DNA of 64,000 bases, taken from Rhodospirillales bacterium. GTDB taxonomy: Bacteria; Pseudomonadota; Alphaproteobacteria; Rhodospirillales; Defluviicoccaceae. How positions within the stretch are numbered: the first letter of the stretch is position 1; each line of letters begins with the position of its first letter. The translations under genes and the position numbers were made by a program. Of this stretch, positions 9,330-19,466 are shown piece by piece. Below the pieces are notes generated by a model. That model worked only from the letters and a program-made list of their open reading frames with translations. It was not told where the DNA came from and made no database searches. The stretch spans positions 17,768 to 81,767 of the forward strand of contig JADJRE010000014.1 of assembly GCA_016712375.1 (NCBI GenBank), given 5' to 3'.

Positions 9330-9938
9330 GTGGCGCGCGGCTGGATGTTCGTGGCGGTAGCAGTTGCCGTCGTTCTTGCCGGAGCGCTGCAGCCGCTGCC
9401 GGCGCGCGCGGCAGCGCAGCGATACGTGATCGACCCCAATCATATGGCAATTGCCTTTTTTATCTCACACGTCGGCTATGCAAGAACGATGGGTCAATTC
9501 ACCAGAGCAGAGGGATCGTTCGTCTTTGATGACGAAGAGCCCTCGGTTCGTGACATCGACGTGCGGATCGACGCGGCGAGCGTTAACACGCAGCACCAGG
9601 CTCGCGACGGTCATCTGCGCAAAGAAGATTTTTTGTGGGTTGAGAAGTATCCCGATATCACTTTTCGCGGCACCAGCGCGAAACAGACGGGGCCAAGGAC
9701 CGGCGAAATCACGGGAGACCTGACTCTTCGCGGCGTGACCAGGCCGGTCACGCTCGATGTCACCTGGAACAAGAGCGGCGAGTATCCGTTCGGCGACAAG
9801 CATTGGGCGGCGGGATTTTCAGGGCGGACGACGATAAAGCGAAGCGATTACGGGATGACCTACGCGCTGGTCGGCGGGTTGGTGGGCGATGAGGTTGAGA
9901 TCATCCTGGAATTCGAGGCGATACGTCAGCCGACATGA
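9330..9938 (+). CDS. YceI family periplasmic protein
   Basis: ORF 9246..9938. A signal peptide from GTG 9330 or ATG 9345 (MFVAVAVAVVLAGAL..ARAAAQ) is followed by YVIDPNHMAIAFFISHVGYARTMGQF...GDLTLRGVTRPVTLDV, typical of YceI. Confidence 0.8.
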   Translation: MARGWMFVAVAVAVVLAGALQPLPARAAAQRYVIDPNHMAIAFFISHVGYARTMGQFTRAEGSFVFDDEEPSVRDIDVRIDAASVNTQHQARDGHLRKEDFLWVEKYPDITFRGTSAKQTGPRTGEITGDLTLRGVTRPVTLDVTWNKSGEYPFGDKHWAAGFSGRTTIKRSDYGMTYALVGGLVGDEVEIILEFEAIRQPT

Positions 9939-9960
9939 AATTTTTGTACGTACCGATGAT

Positions 9961-10725
9961 GTGAGCGTGAACCTGCAGACCGCTTGGGGCGTCAGCCGGT
10001 CGCTGGCCATCTACTACGGGCGGCCGTGGCGCTTTCGCCGCATGGACGAGTTCTACAGCCGCTTCCTGCGCCCTGGCGACCTTGCCTTCGACATCGGTGC
10101 CCACCTCGGCAACCGGATCCGCTCATGGCGCAAGCTGGGAGCACGCGTTGTGGCTGTTGAGCCGCAGCCGGCCCTGGTTCGTATGCTTCGGCTGCTGTAC
10201 AGCCGCGATGCGGGAGTGCAGATTGTTGCCGCAGCGGTCGCCTCGGCGGAAGGCCGAGTGCCGCTCCATCTCAATCTTTCCAACCCGACCATTTCGACCA
10301 CCTCGGTGGATTTTATCGCGCATGCCGCCGAGGCACCGAGCTTCCACGGGCAGCGTTGGCAAAAGATAATTGAAGTCCGGGCAACAACGCTTGACGGTCT
10401 GATCGCTGGCTACGGCTCCCCACCCTTCGTCAAGATCGACATAGAAGGTTTCGAAGCGGAGGCGTTGCACGGACTGTCTCAACCCCCGCCGGCGCTCAGC
10501 GTCGAGTTCGTCCCGATGCACCGCAAGGTAATTGAAGCTGCCCTCGACCGGTTAGCTGAGCTAGGCGATTACCGTTTCAACGCGACGTACGGCGACGAAA
10601 TGCGGTTGTTGCATCCGCACCCTCTCTCCCTTGATGACATTCGACACTGGCTGCGCGATCAAGGCAGCGACGGCCCCGCCGGCGACCTTTATGCCGGGCT
10701 CGATCCGATACCGCTCTTTCGTTAA
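9961..10725 (+). CDS. FkbM family methyltransferase
   Basis: ORF 9889..10725. FDIGAHLGNRI...VVAVEPQP...LHLNLSNPTISTTS...VKIDIEGFE matches FkbM-type methyltransferases. The start is uncertain (in-frame GTG at 9961 or 9967). Confidence 0.7.
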   Translation: MSVNLQTAWGVSRSLAIYYGRPWRFRRMDEFYSRFLRPGDLAFDIGAHLGNRIRSWRKLGARVVAVEPQPALVRMLRLLYSRDAGVQIVAAAVASAEGRVPLHLNLSNPTISTTSVDFIAHAAEAPSFHGQRWQKIIEVRATTLDGLIAGYGSPPFVKIDIEGFEAEALHGLSQPPPALSVEFVPMHRKVIEAALDRLAELGDYRFNATYGDEMRLLHPHPLSLDDIRHWLRDQGSDGPAGDLYAGLDPIPLFR

Positions 10726-10793
10726 TTGCCGATCCGTCATTGGTGCAAGCAGTAGAGACACTCTACCCAGCTATCCGACGTGATGGCACATGC

Positions 10794-12150
10794 TTACGTG
10801 CTCGAATCGATGAGGTGGATAAACGAGCCGATGGTGCGGCCTGCCGCGAGACCCGTGGTCCCCAGCGCCCGGCCGGCCGCGTCAGCGCAGGCGAACAGCG
10901 GCACGCCTGGGCCTTCGCGCACGGTGCGGGCGAAATGGAACTCGTGGCCGCCGAAGGATGCGCCAGCCAGACCCAACGGGCCGTCACCGCACAGCGTGGC
11001 GCGACGGTACCCCAGGTGGAGGCGGCGTTCCGCGAATGTCGTTTCCAGAGGCAGCAGCCCTGCCATTGCGTGCCGGTGCCCCTCAGCGTCGATCAGGCCA
11101 TCACCCATACCATGTAGCCGCCGCATTCACCGAAGACGACGGCACCGCGCGTCGCCGCCTGCCTGAGGCCACCCAGGAAACGGGCGTTGCTGGCGATAAT
11201 GCCGGCGTGCAGTTCAGGATAGCCGCCGGGGAGATAGACGGCATCCGCGTCGTCAGGCGGTGCTTCGTTGGCCAGCGGTGAAAACACCTCGATATCGGCA
11301 CCCGCGGCCCGCCAGCCGTCGATCACCAAGGGATAGCGGAAGGCGAAGGCGGCATCGGCGGCGCACGCTATTCGCTGACCCAGGGGCCGCACAGGTATCG
11401 CGGCGGTGTTCGTCGCAGCTCCGGCCTTCATCCTTCCAGGCTTCATCAATGTCCGCAACCGCTCGGTGTCAACGTGCTCCGCGACGACGTTTGCGGCACG
11501 CTGCAAAAAAACGGGAAGGTCGGGAAGCTCGATCGCCTGTACGAGGCCGAGATGGCGTTCCTGCAAGGCAAGTCCCTCGACGCGGGGGATGCAGCCGAGT
11601 ACCGGAATCAGTGGCAGGGTTTTCTCGCAAGCCTCCCGCAGTAATGCCGCATGCCGATCGCCGGCGACACGGTTGAACACAACCGCCGCTATCTCGAGTC
11701 CCGGCCGGTGCGTGGCGAATCCTCGAACGACCGCTGCTGCGCTTGCTGCCTGGGCCCGCACATCGACCACCAGCAGCACTGGCCATCCGGAAGCGGCGGC
11801 GATATCAGCGGTGGAGCCGCGGTCAACGGTAGCCCCGTCGAACAGCCCCATCACCCCTCGCAAATAACAATGTCGCCGGCCTCCTCCAGCCGTGCCGCGG
11901 CCGCACTGAGTGTCTCGGCTCGCATCGCCCAGGGATCGAGGTTAAGGCAGTGCTGCCCAGAGGCGGCGGTGTGGAACGCTGGATCGATGTAGTCCGGGCC
12001 CACCTTTGCCGAAGCGACGCGTAGCCCGGATCGAGCCCAGTGTCGGATCAGCCCCAGCGTGAAGACGGTCTTACCGCTGCCGGAAGCGGGCGCCGCGACG
12101 ATCAAGCCTGGTGCGCAACTTCGAGGCGCGCCGGGGGAAGCGTGGCTCAC
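10794..12150 (-). pseudogene. cobB: cobyrinate a,c-diamide synthase CobB/CbiA, frame broken twice as sequenced
   Basis: Pieces are 11851..12150 (APASGSGKTVFTLGL...VGPDYIDPAFH...VICEG), 11093..11863 (VMGLFDG...GECGGYMV) and 10794..11126 (GDGLIDAEGHRHAMAGLLPLETTF...GHEFHF). Breaks are near 11855 and 11105. The GTG start at 12150 overlaps the SCO gene stop (GTGA). Confidence 0.85.
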
Positions 12151-12809
12151 AGACGCTGTTTCAGCCGGTTTGCCACCTCCTCGGCGCTCAGGCCATGGCT
12201 GAAGAATTCGACAAACTTGCCGTCCGGCCCGATCAGATACGTTAGCGACGAATGATCGACAAGGTAGGTTTCGGGGGTGTCGCCCGGCGACTTGACGTAG
12301 AACACCCGGTATTCCTTGGCTACCGACGCGATCTGCTGCGGCGTGCCGGTAAGTCCGACCAGGCGCGGATGGAAGAAGCGCACGTAGTCCTTGAGCTTTT
12401 CCGGCGAGTCGCGCTGGGGATCGACGCTGATCAGCACCGGCGTGATCTTCTCGGCCTGCTCGCCCAGCAGGTCAATGGCGCTGATGTTGCGTGTCAGCGC
12501 AGTCGGGCACACGTCCGGACAGAACGTGAAGCCGAAGTAGACGAGCAGCCAGCGGCCTTCGAAAGTCGCTTCGGTAACCGCTTGGCCATCCTGGTCGACG
12601 AGAGTAAAGGGCCCGCCGATTTTCATCGTACTCTCGCGTCCGGCGGTTTCAGCGGCAATCCCCGTAGACATGCCGCCGTACTGGCGGACGGCGAGGACGC
12701 CGACGGCGATCAGGACGACCAGCGCCAGAGAGATCGCTGCGCCGGGGAGACGATGTGGCCGGCGCGTGACCTCGGCTTTTTTTGGTCGATCAGGGGACTT
12801 GCTGCTCAC
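12147..12809 (-). CDS. SCO family protein (Sco1/SenC copper chaperone, thioredoxin fold)
   Basis: N-terminal TM anchor and the FGFTFCPDVCPT copper-binding CxxxC motif, followed by VDPQRD...H. Confidence 0.85.
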   Translation of the reverse strand: MSSKSPDRPKKAEVTRRPHRLPGAAISLALVVLIAVGVLAVRQYGGMSTGIAAETAGRESTMKIGGPFTLVDQDGQAVTEATFEGRWLLVYFGFTFCPDVCPTALTRNISAIDLLGEQAEKITPVLISVDPQRDSPEKLKDYVRFFHPRLVGLTGTPQQIASVAKEYRVFYVKSPGDTPETYLVDHSSLTYLIGPDGKFVEFFSHGLSAEEVANRLKQRL

Positions 12810-12840
12810 CCGTCACCTCATGTGCTGGAGGATTGGTAGA

Positions 12841-13629
12841 TCAGATGATGGTTCGCCAAGCGAGGTAGGAAAGCGCTGCGGCGTTGATCAGCATCAAGGC
12901 TGGCATCAGCCGCAATGCTGCGCCCCGGAACTGCCGGCCGGCAACATGACCGGCAAAACCAACGGCGACGAGCGATGGCACGGTACCGAACGTGAAAGCC
13001 AGCATCGCCAGCGCACCTGCCAACGGCCGGCCACTCGCCGCGGCGGCAGCCAGCGCACCATACAGCAGGCCGCAGGGAAGAAACCCGAGCGCAACTCCGA
13101 TCAAGTAGCCGCGCCAGCCGATCGGACGGGCGAAGAGGGGACGGACCAGGCTGCGAACTCGGTTCGACCATCCGCTGTCTCCAGTGTCGCCGGGAAGACG
13201 GACAGGCAGTCGAACCGCCCAACGTCCACTCACTTGACGCACCGCATAGCCAAAAAAGAACGACGCTGCCAGGACCAACAACGCGGCGGACAGCCAACGC
13301 AGTCCGGTGACGTGGATCATGCCGGCAGCGAGAGCTGCCGCCGCCGCGCCGAGTGCCGCATAAGTGGTGGCGCGACCGAGATGGTACGGGACCAGCGCCG
13401 CGCCGGCCAGCCGGTGCCACTCGTGCATCTGTGCCGCCGGCCGGTCTTCCAGGCGCGAGACCGTCTGCGCCAGGACGAACGGCCCGCACATACCGACACA
13501 GTGCGTAATGCTGCCGAGCAGCCCGGCCATGAACAAGCTGGCAAGCAAACCTTCGTGTTCACCAACCGCGGCGCGGCAGTGCGCGATGCCGGTACTGAGG
13601 AGCTGCAGAAGGAGCGGGTCCGTTTCCAT
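12841..13629 (-). CDS. COG2836/DsbD_2-type integral membrane protein (HCxGMCGP motif)
   Basis: Six or more hydrophobic segments. The GSITHCVGMCGPF motif is typical of this TauE/DsbD-like family. Confidence 0.6.
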   Translation of the reverse strand: METDPLLLQLLSTGIAHCRAAVGEHEGLLASLFMAGLLGSITHCVGMCGPFVLAQTVSRLEDRPAAQMHEWHRLAGAALVPYHLGRATTYAALGAAAAALAAGMIHVTGLRWLSAALLVLAASFFFGYAVRQVSGRWAVRLPVRLPGDTGDSGWSNRVRSLVRPLFARPIGWRGYLIGVALGFLPCGLLYGALAAAAASGRPLAGALAMLAFTFGTVPSLVAVGFAGHVAGRQFRGAALRLMPALMLINAAALSYLAWRTII

Positions 13630-13711
13630 GGCGCAGCTTCAGATTCGGGCGAAATCATCCCGATGTCAAAGGCCGTGCGCGCCGAACACCAACTTCGGCT
13701 ACAATCGCCCC

Positions 13712-14806
13712 ATGCGGGAAACAGAAGCGCCGGCGCCGCTGCGCAAAGGCTGGACGACCGGCACATGTGCTACCGCCGCTGCAGCCGCGGCTTGGCAGGC
13801 GCTGCTGACCGGTGCTTTCCCAGATCCGGTAACGATTTCCTTGCCGCGCGGTGGCACCGTGGCGTTATCGCTCGCCCGCGCCGAGTTACGGAAGGGGGAA
13901 GCCACAGCCGGCATCGTCAAGGACGCCGGCGATGATCCAGACGTCACTCACGGTGCCCTGATCACGTCCACCGTCGTCCCCGGTCCGCCGGGCAGCGGCG
14001 TTGTCTTCCGCGCCGGCGAGGGCGTCGGCATCGTCACGCTGCCCGGCCTGCCGCTGCCGCCGGGCGAGCCGGCGATCAATCCAGGCCCGCGGTCGATGAT
14101 CGTCCGCAGCTTGACCGAGATCGCCGCAGAGCATGGGGTGGCTGCCGATGTCATCGTCACCATCGCCGTCGAAGGCGGCGCGGCGCTTGCGGGGAAGACG
14201 CTGAACGGCCGGCTCGGCATCGTCGGCGGTCTGTCGATCCTGGGGACCACCGGCATCGTCGTGCCGTTCTCGTGTGCTGCGTGGATCCACTCGATCCACC
14301 GTGGCATCGACGTTGCTCGCGCCGCCGGACTGACGCACCTAGCCGCCGCTACCGGCAGCACCTCGGAAGCGGCGGTGCGTGCCCTCTACGGGTTGTCCGA
14401 TCAATCGCTGATCGACATGGGCGATTTCGCCGGCGGCACGCTGAAGTATCTGCGCAGTCATCCGGTGCCGCGGCTGACGCTGGCGGGCGGTTTTGCCAAG
14501 CTGGCGAAGCTTGCGCAAGGTCATCTGTTTCTTCACTCGTCGAAATCCCGCGTCGACATTGCGGCGTTGGTGGCGACACTGGCCAGCTTGGGAGCGCCGA
14601 CCTCGGCGCTGGCGGAGGCGGCGGCCGGAGGTTCGGCGGCTCACGTGCTTGCCATCGCTCAGTTACAGGGCCTGCCCCTCGCCGACAAGCTCGCGGCGGA
14701 CGCTCGCACCGTGGCGTTAGCGACCCTCGGCGGTGGGACGGCGGTCGAGGTGATCGTCTTCGATCGCGCTGGCACGCTGATCGGCCGCGCCGGTTTCGAT
14801 GCCTGA
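13712..14806 (+). CDS. cbiD: cobalt-precorrin-5B (C1)-methyltransferase CbiD
   Basis: From ATG 13712 within ORF 13364..14806. LRKGWTTGTCATAAAAAA, IVKDAGDDPDVTHG, GEPAINPGPRSMI and GLSILGTTGIVVPFSCAAW are CbiD hallmarks. Confidence 0.85.
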   Translation: MRETEAPAPLRKGWTTGTCATAAAAAAWQALLTGAFPDPVTISLPRGGTVALSLARAELRKGEATAGIVKDAGDDPDVTHGALITSTVVPGPPGSGVVFRAGEGVGIVTLPGLPLPPGEPAINPGPRSMIVRSLTEIAAEHGVAADVIVTIAVEGGAALAGKTLNGRLGIVGGLSILGTTGIVVPFSCAAWIHSIHRGIDVARAAGLTHLAAATGSTSEAAVRALYGLSDQSLIDMGDFAGGTLKYLRSHPVPRLTLAGGFAKLAKLAQGHLFLHSSKSRVDIAALVATLASLGAPTSALAEAAAGGSAAHVLAIAQLQGLPLADKLAADARTVALATLGGGTAVEVIVFDRAGTLIGRAGFDA

Positions 14807-15554
14807 GCCGCGGGTGCGCCTGCTGATCCTGGGCGGAACCGGCGAAGCGTCGGCGCTGGCGCGGCGCATCGTCGCCGAGATGGGCAGCCGTGTCGTCCCG
14901 ATCAGCTCGCTTGCCGGCCGCCTGCCGGATCGTCCCGACCTTCCTGGGGAAGTGCGGGTCGGCGGATTCGGCGGCGCAGAAGGGCTGGCCGCTTATCTAC
15001 GGGACGAGCGCATCGAGGTTGCCATCGACGCGACGCATCCTTTTGCCACCGCCATCTCGGCCGCGGCGGCGGACGCCTGCGCTGCTTGTGGCGTGCCGCG
15101 GCTGATGCTGGTGCGCCCGGCGTGGGTGGCGCAAGCCGGGGACCGCTGGCTGGACGTGGGAAGCTTCCAAGAGGCGGCGGCCATGCTGCCGGGCCTCGCA
15201 CGCCGGGTGTTTCTCGCGACCGGTCCCGGCGGCAGCGCCGCCTTCGCCGGCCTCACCGACATCTGGTTCCTGCTGCGGCTGTTTGCACCGTCTGCGGCGC
15301 CGCTAAGCCTCGATCACTGCACCACGATCGTCGCCCGGCCGCCCTTCACTCCGGAAAGCGAGCGCGCGCTGCTCGCGGAGCATCGCATCGAGGCACTGGT
15401 TTGTAAGAACTCCGGCGGACCGACGGCAGCAAAGCTGGTCGCCGCCCGCGCCGCCGCTATCCCGGTCGTTATGCTGCGTCGGCCGTTGTTGCCCGCTGGC
15501 GAGATTGTCACCGACGTCGATGCGACCCTCCGCTGGCTGCGACGGCGGTGCTAA
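14799..15554 (+). CDS. cobK: precorrin-6A / cobalt-precorrin-6A reductase CobK/CbiJ
   Basis: LLILGGTGEASALA...IDATHPFA...LVCKNSGG pattern of CobK. The start overlaps the cbiD stop by 8 nt. Confidence 0.85.
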   Translation: MPEPRVRLLILGGTGEASALARRIVAEMGSRVVPISSLAGRLPDRPDLPGEVRVGGFGGAEGLAAYLRDERIEVAIDATHPFATAISAAAADACAACGVPRLMLVRPAWVAQAGDRWLDVGSFQEAAAMLPGLARRVFLATGPGGSAAFAGLTDIWFLLRLFAPSAAPLSLDHCTTIVARPPFTPESERALLAEHRIEALVCKNSGGPTAAKLVAARAAAIPVVMLRRPLLPAGEIVTDVDATLRWLRRRC

Positions 15555-15657
15555 CAACCGCTGCGCGAGTGCACAGCGCTTGCTTTCGTGTTCTCACTCG
15601 CTCACATCGTGCGCTGCCGCTGCGTGGAGAGCGCACGAACGGAGGGAGAGTGTGGTG

Positions 15658-16065
15658 ATGCGACCGGAACAGGGAGAAATGTGCGTACGGGTGCTGAGCG
15701 CGGTCGCCTGGTCGGACGGCCAGGTGACGGACGACGAGATGGAAAAGGTGGTACATCTGGTCTGCCAGCTTGATTACATCGATCGGTCGCAGGTGCAGGA
15801 AATCCTCCACATGCCGACGAGCTTTGTTCAGATCGAGGACGTGCGCGCGCTCGGACGCGACGGCCGGATCCGGCTGCTGCACGACGCCTACATGGTGGCG
15901 GTGCAGGACGGTCCGGTCGATGAGCATCAGCAAGCTATTCTGGCACAGATCGCCGAGACCGTGGTCCCCGGCGCATCCTGGGAGAAGGTCGACACCTGCC
16001 TCGCCACCTACGTCGATTACGAGACCAAGTGCCGGGGCTTGTGGGGGATCACGCATCTGGCTTGA
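15658..16065 (+). CDS. TerB-like domain protein (hypothetical)
   Basis: ATG 15658 is preceded by ggaggga. VLSAVAWSDGQVTDDEMEKVVHL...LLHDAYMVAVQDGPVDEHQQAIL resembles TerB/DjlA-N repeats. Family assignment is from memory only. Confidence 0.5.
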   Translation: MRPEQGEMCVRVLSAVAWSDGQVTDDEMEKVVHLVCQLDYIDRSQVQEILHMPTSFVQIEDVRALGRDGRIRLLHDAYMVAVQDGPVDEHQQAILAQIAETVVPGASWEKVDTCLATYVDYETKCRGLWGITHLA

Positions 16066-16930
16066 CGCGCCTGACTCCATGCTCGTCATCCCCAAGATTG
16101 TCCCGCGGATCCGTGGATTGCCGGGACGAGCCCGGCAATGACGACAGAGGGGGAGTGGCTCCAGGAGCGCAAGCTGCTTTCGGCCGCAGCACGTGGTGGT
16201 GGTCGGCAGCGTAGAGGCGGCTGTCAGTGAAGTGGGCGGCGCCGAATACCCGACCTACTAAAATCAGCGCGGTGCGGGTGAATCCTGCCGCTTTTACCTT
16301 GCCGCGGATGTCGACAAGCGTGCCGCGAATGAACGCTTGATCGGGCCAGCCAACCCGGTAAGCGGCGACCACCGGACAGTCAACGCCATACAGCGGCGTG
16401 AGCTCACGGACGACGTTGGCGAGGTTGGTCACCGAGAGGTGGATGGCGAGCGTGGCACCGCTGCGCCCCAGCGTCGCCAAATCCTCGCCGGGCGGCATCG
16501 ACGACGAGCGAGTGGCGGTGCGGGTGAGGATCACTGTCTGGCTGACGTCGGGCAGTGTCAGCTCGCAGGCGAGCGCCGCCGCCGCCGCCGCGTAGGCCTG
16601 GGACCCCGGCGTCACGTCATAGGCGATGCCGAGCGCATCAAGTCGGCGCATCTGCTCGGCGGTGGCGCCATACAGTGACGGATCTCCGGAGTGCACCCGC
16701 GCCACGTCGTAACCGAGGGTTTCGGCGGCCGACATCTCGGCGATGATCGCGTCCAGGTGGAGCGGGGCGGTGTCGATCACCCGCGCTCCGGCGGGCGCCT
16801 CCGCCACCACCTCAGTCGGCACCAGCGAGCCGGCGTAAAGGCATACGGGGCAGCGGCGGATCAGGTTGAGCCCGCGCACGGTGATCAGATCGGGCGCGCC
16901 GGGTCCGGCGCCGATGAAGTGCACGGTCAT
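16049..16930 (-). CDS. cobM: precorrin-4 / cobalt-precorrin-4 C11-methyltransferase CobM/CbiF
   Basis: VHFIGAGPGAPDLITVRG...LYAGSLVP...VHSGDPSLYGA...TPG. ATG 16930 overlaps the upstream stop (ATGA). The C-terminal roughly 35 codons are longer than I expect for CobM. Confidence 0.85.
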   Translation of the reverse strand: MTVHFIGAGPGAPDLITVRGLNLIRRCPVCLYAGSLVPTEVVAEAPAGARVIDTAPLHLDAIIAEMSAAETLGYDVARVHSGDPSLYGATAEQMRRLDALGIAYDVTPGSQAYAAAAAALACELTLPDVSQTVILTRTATRSSSMPPGEDLATLGRSGATLAIHLSVTNLANVVRELTPLYGVDCPVVAAYRVGWPDQAFIRGTLVDIRGKVKAAGFTRTALILVGRVFGAAHFTDSRLYAADHHHVLRPKAACAPGATPPLSSLPGSSRQSTDPRDNLGDDEHGVRRVKPDA

Positions 16931-19466
16931 TCGGCGGCACGCTCCTGGCGTTTAGCCGCGTAGCCCCGCGGCGTGTAGACGAAGCGACGGGAACCCCGTT
17001 CGATCAGCCGGGTGCGGCTCGACCCGATCAACACCACCGTCAGCATGTCGACGTCGTCGGGCCGCAGCGCCTGCAGCTCGATGAAGCGGATGGTCTCACC
17101 GGTCCGACCCAGGTTGCGGGCCAGCACGACCGGCGTTTCCGGAGGGCGGGCGGCGCGCAGGATGTCGCAGGCGGCCGGAAGCTGGGTGCGTCTCCGCTCC
17201 GACACCGGATTATAAAGGGCGATAACAAAATCGGCCTGGGCGGCAGCCTCTAGCCGGCGCTCGATGTCCATCCACGGCGTCAGCAGGTCGGAGAGCGAGA
17301 TGGCGCAGAAGTCGTGGCCGACGACGGCGCCCGCGCGCGCCGCCGCCTGAAGCGCGGTTATCCCCGGCACCACCTCGATCGCCAGCCGGTTCCACGCCGG
17401 CCGGTCCTCGCGGTCGAGCAGCTCGAAGACCAACGCCGCCAGCGCATAGATGCCGGCGTCGCCGGAGCTGACCAGCGCCACGGTGCGGCCTTCGGCGGCG
17501 AGATCGAGAGCTATGCGGACGCGTCCCTCTTCCTCCGATAGCGGCGTCGAATGCTGTCGCTTGCCGCCGATCAGGTCGGCGACGAGATCAAGATAGAGGC
17601 CATAGCCGACCACATCGGTAGCCCGGCCCAGCGCCCGCGTCAGTTCGGAGGTGCGCCAATCGGCCCAGCCGGGGCCGATGCCGACGACACTGAGCCGGCC
17701 GCGCCCCCGCCCCACGCTTCCGGAATCGATGTTGCCGGCGGCGCGGGCGACGGCGCAGGTGGCGCGGCGTGAGCGGGTCTTCTCCATCACGAGCGTCCCG
17801 TCGGCTCCAGCGGCGGCGAGCGCCGCGCCTTCGGCGACACCATGGCAGCCCACTTCGCGGAACACCACGTCCGAGGGATTGGCCAAGCGCGGCGCCTCGG
17901 CTTCCAGCTCGGCGGCGGGGAAGAAGCGCGCCGGCACGCCCAGCGCGTCGGCCAGAGCGTGCACCGCCGCCTCGTCGGCCTTGAGATCAAGCGATACGAC
18001 GCAAGCAACCGCCGCCTCGGCCAAGCCCTGCGCGGCGAGGGTGTCGCGGGCTAAGCTGATCAGTTCGTCCGGTGGGCACCCGCGCTCGCAGCCGACGCCC
18101 AGCGCCAGGACGGGCGGGTGCAGGACCAAGGTGGAGCCGTGCGAGCCCCCGGCGTCGCTGCGGTCGGTGACCAGCACCCGCGTTTCCGCCTGTTCGACGA
18201 AGCGGTTGGCGGTGGATTGCAGCCACGACGCCTCGCCCGCCTCTACCCGCAGTTCAACCGGCGCGCCGGCCAGCATGGTCGCCGTAACCGCCTTTGCCAA
18301 CGAGGGGTCGGCGACGCGCCAGCCGGCAGGCGGATCGTCGAGCCCAAATCCGAGACGGAGGTCGCCCGCCGTGGTAATCGCGGCCACGCCCTCGGTCGCC
18401 GCTGCGATCACCCTGGCGATCCGGTTAGCTCCGTGATGTCCCCCCAGCAATGGCACCGCGACGCTCCCGTCCTCGGCGACGACGACAACCGGCGGCTCGG
18501 CATGCTTGTCGGCGAGAAGCGGGGCGATAGCACGCATCAGGATGCCGGCAGCGCAGATGCCGACGATCGGCTTCCCCGCCGCGAACAGCGCGCGCAGGTG
18601 CGCCATTGTCTCGGCGAAAATCTGGTCGGCGGCGTCGGCGCGGCCAGCCAGTCCGTGAACTGTGCTTCCCGGCAGCAGGGGCTGCAACCGGCGCGCCAGC
18701 GTCATCCCGCCTGCCCCGAGCACGATCAGTGCCGCTCCTTGCGGCAGCGCCCGATCGGGGACAGCCAGGGCGGAGGCCTGCGCCGGCCGGCGGACCAGGA
18801 TCATCGAGAAATAAGGCGCGTTATCGTCGGCATCGGCGAGCGGCAAAATCCGCTGCGTCGACATCGATGCCCGTTCGACGTAGACAGCGCATTGCTCCAA
18901 GTTCAGTCGGCGCAGCACGGCGCGCACTTTCGTAACGTGGCGGCCGACCTTGATGATCGCCGCCGCTTCGACGCGTGCCAGCCGCGCCTCCAGCTCCGCT
19001 TCCGGCAGCGGCGCCGGCAGCACGCTGAGGGTCTCGTTGCGCGAGACCAGCGGCACACCGGCCGCCGCCGCCACCGCCGCCAGCGACGAGACCCCGGGAA
19101 CCACGACCGTCGGATGCGCTTTCGCCAAGCGCTCGAACAGGTACATGAAAGAGCCATAGAAGAACGGATCGCCTTCACACATCACGGCGACGTCGCGGCC
19201 CGCGGCGAGATGGCCGCCAAGAATTTCGGCGTAACGGTCATAGACCTCGCGTGCCGGAAAGCGGTCGATCGCCATCGGCGTGGCGATGGCGATTTCGATG
19301 CAGTTGGACGGCACGTGCGGGGCGGCGATGGCACGCACCAGACTGTCGCCGCCTTCCGGCGCCGGATAGGCAACCACCGGCACCCGCGCCAGGATGTTCC
19401 TCGCCTTCACCGTAATCAGGTCGGATCGCCAGGGCCGATGCCGAGGCCGTATAGAGTGCCGGTCAC
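16927..19466 (-). pseudogene. cobI-cbiG-cobJ: single reading frame encoding CobI (precorrin-2 C20-MT), CbiG and CobJ/CbiH (precorrin-3B C17-MT); N-terminus frame-broken as sequenced
   Basis: ORF 16927..19602 contains three consecutive domains. CobI: DLITVKARNILA...CEGDPFFYGSFMY...YFSMILV. CbiG: IVLGAGGMTLARRL...GICAAGILMRAIAPLL...LALGVGCERG...VCVVSLDLKADE. CobJ: LSVVGIGPGW...SSGDAGIYALA...PGITALQAAA...YNP. The true start is probably GTG 19466 (VTGTLYGLGIGPGDP), which is out of frame by one base near 19421. Confidence 0.8.

Noticed and set aside
12670-13935. 421-aa plus-strand ORF, with similar long ORFs at 18118..19491, 17651..18436, 46819..47913, 20160..21308 and 44333..45217
   Set aside because: All overlap strongly supported genes on the opposite strand or in another frame. 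All have extreme Arg/Pro/Gly/Ala composition without motifs.
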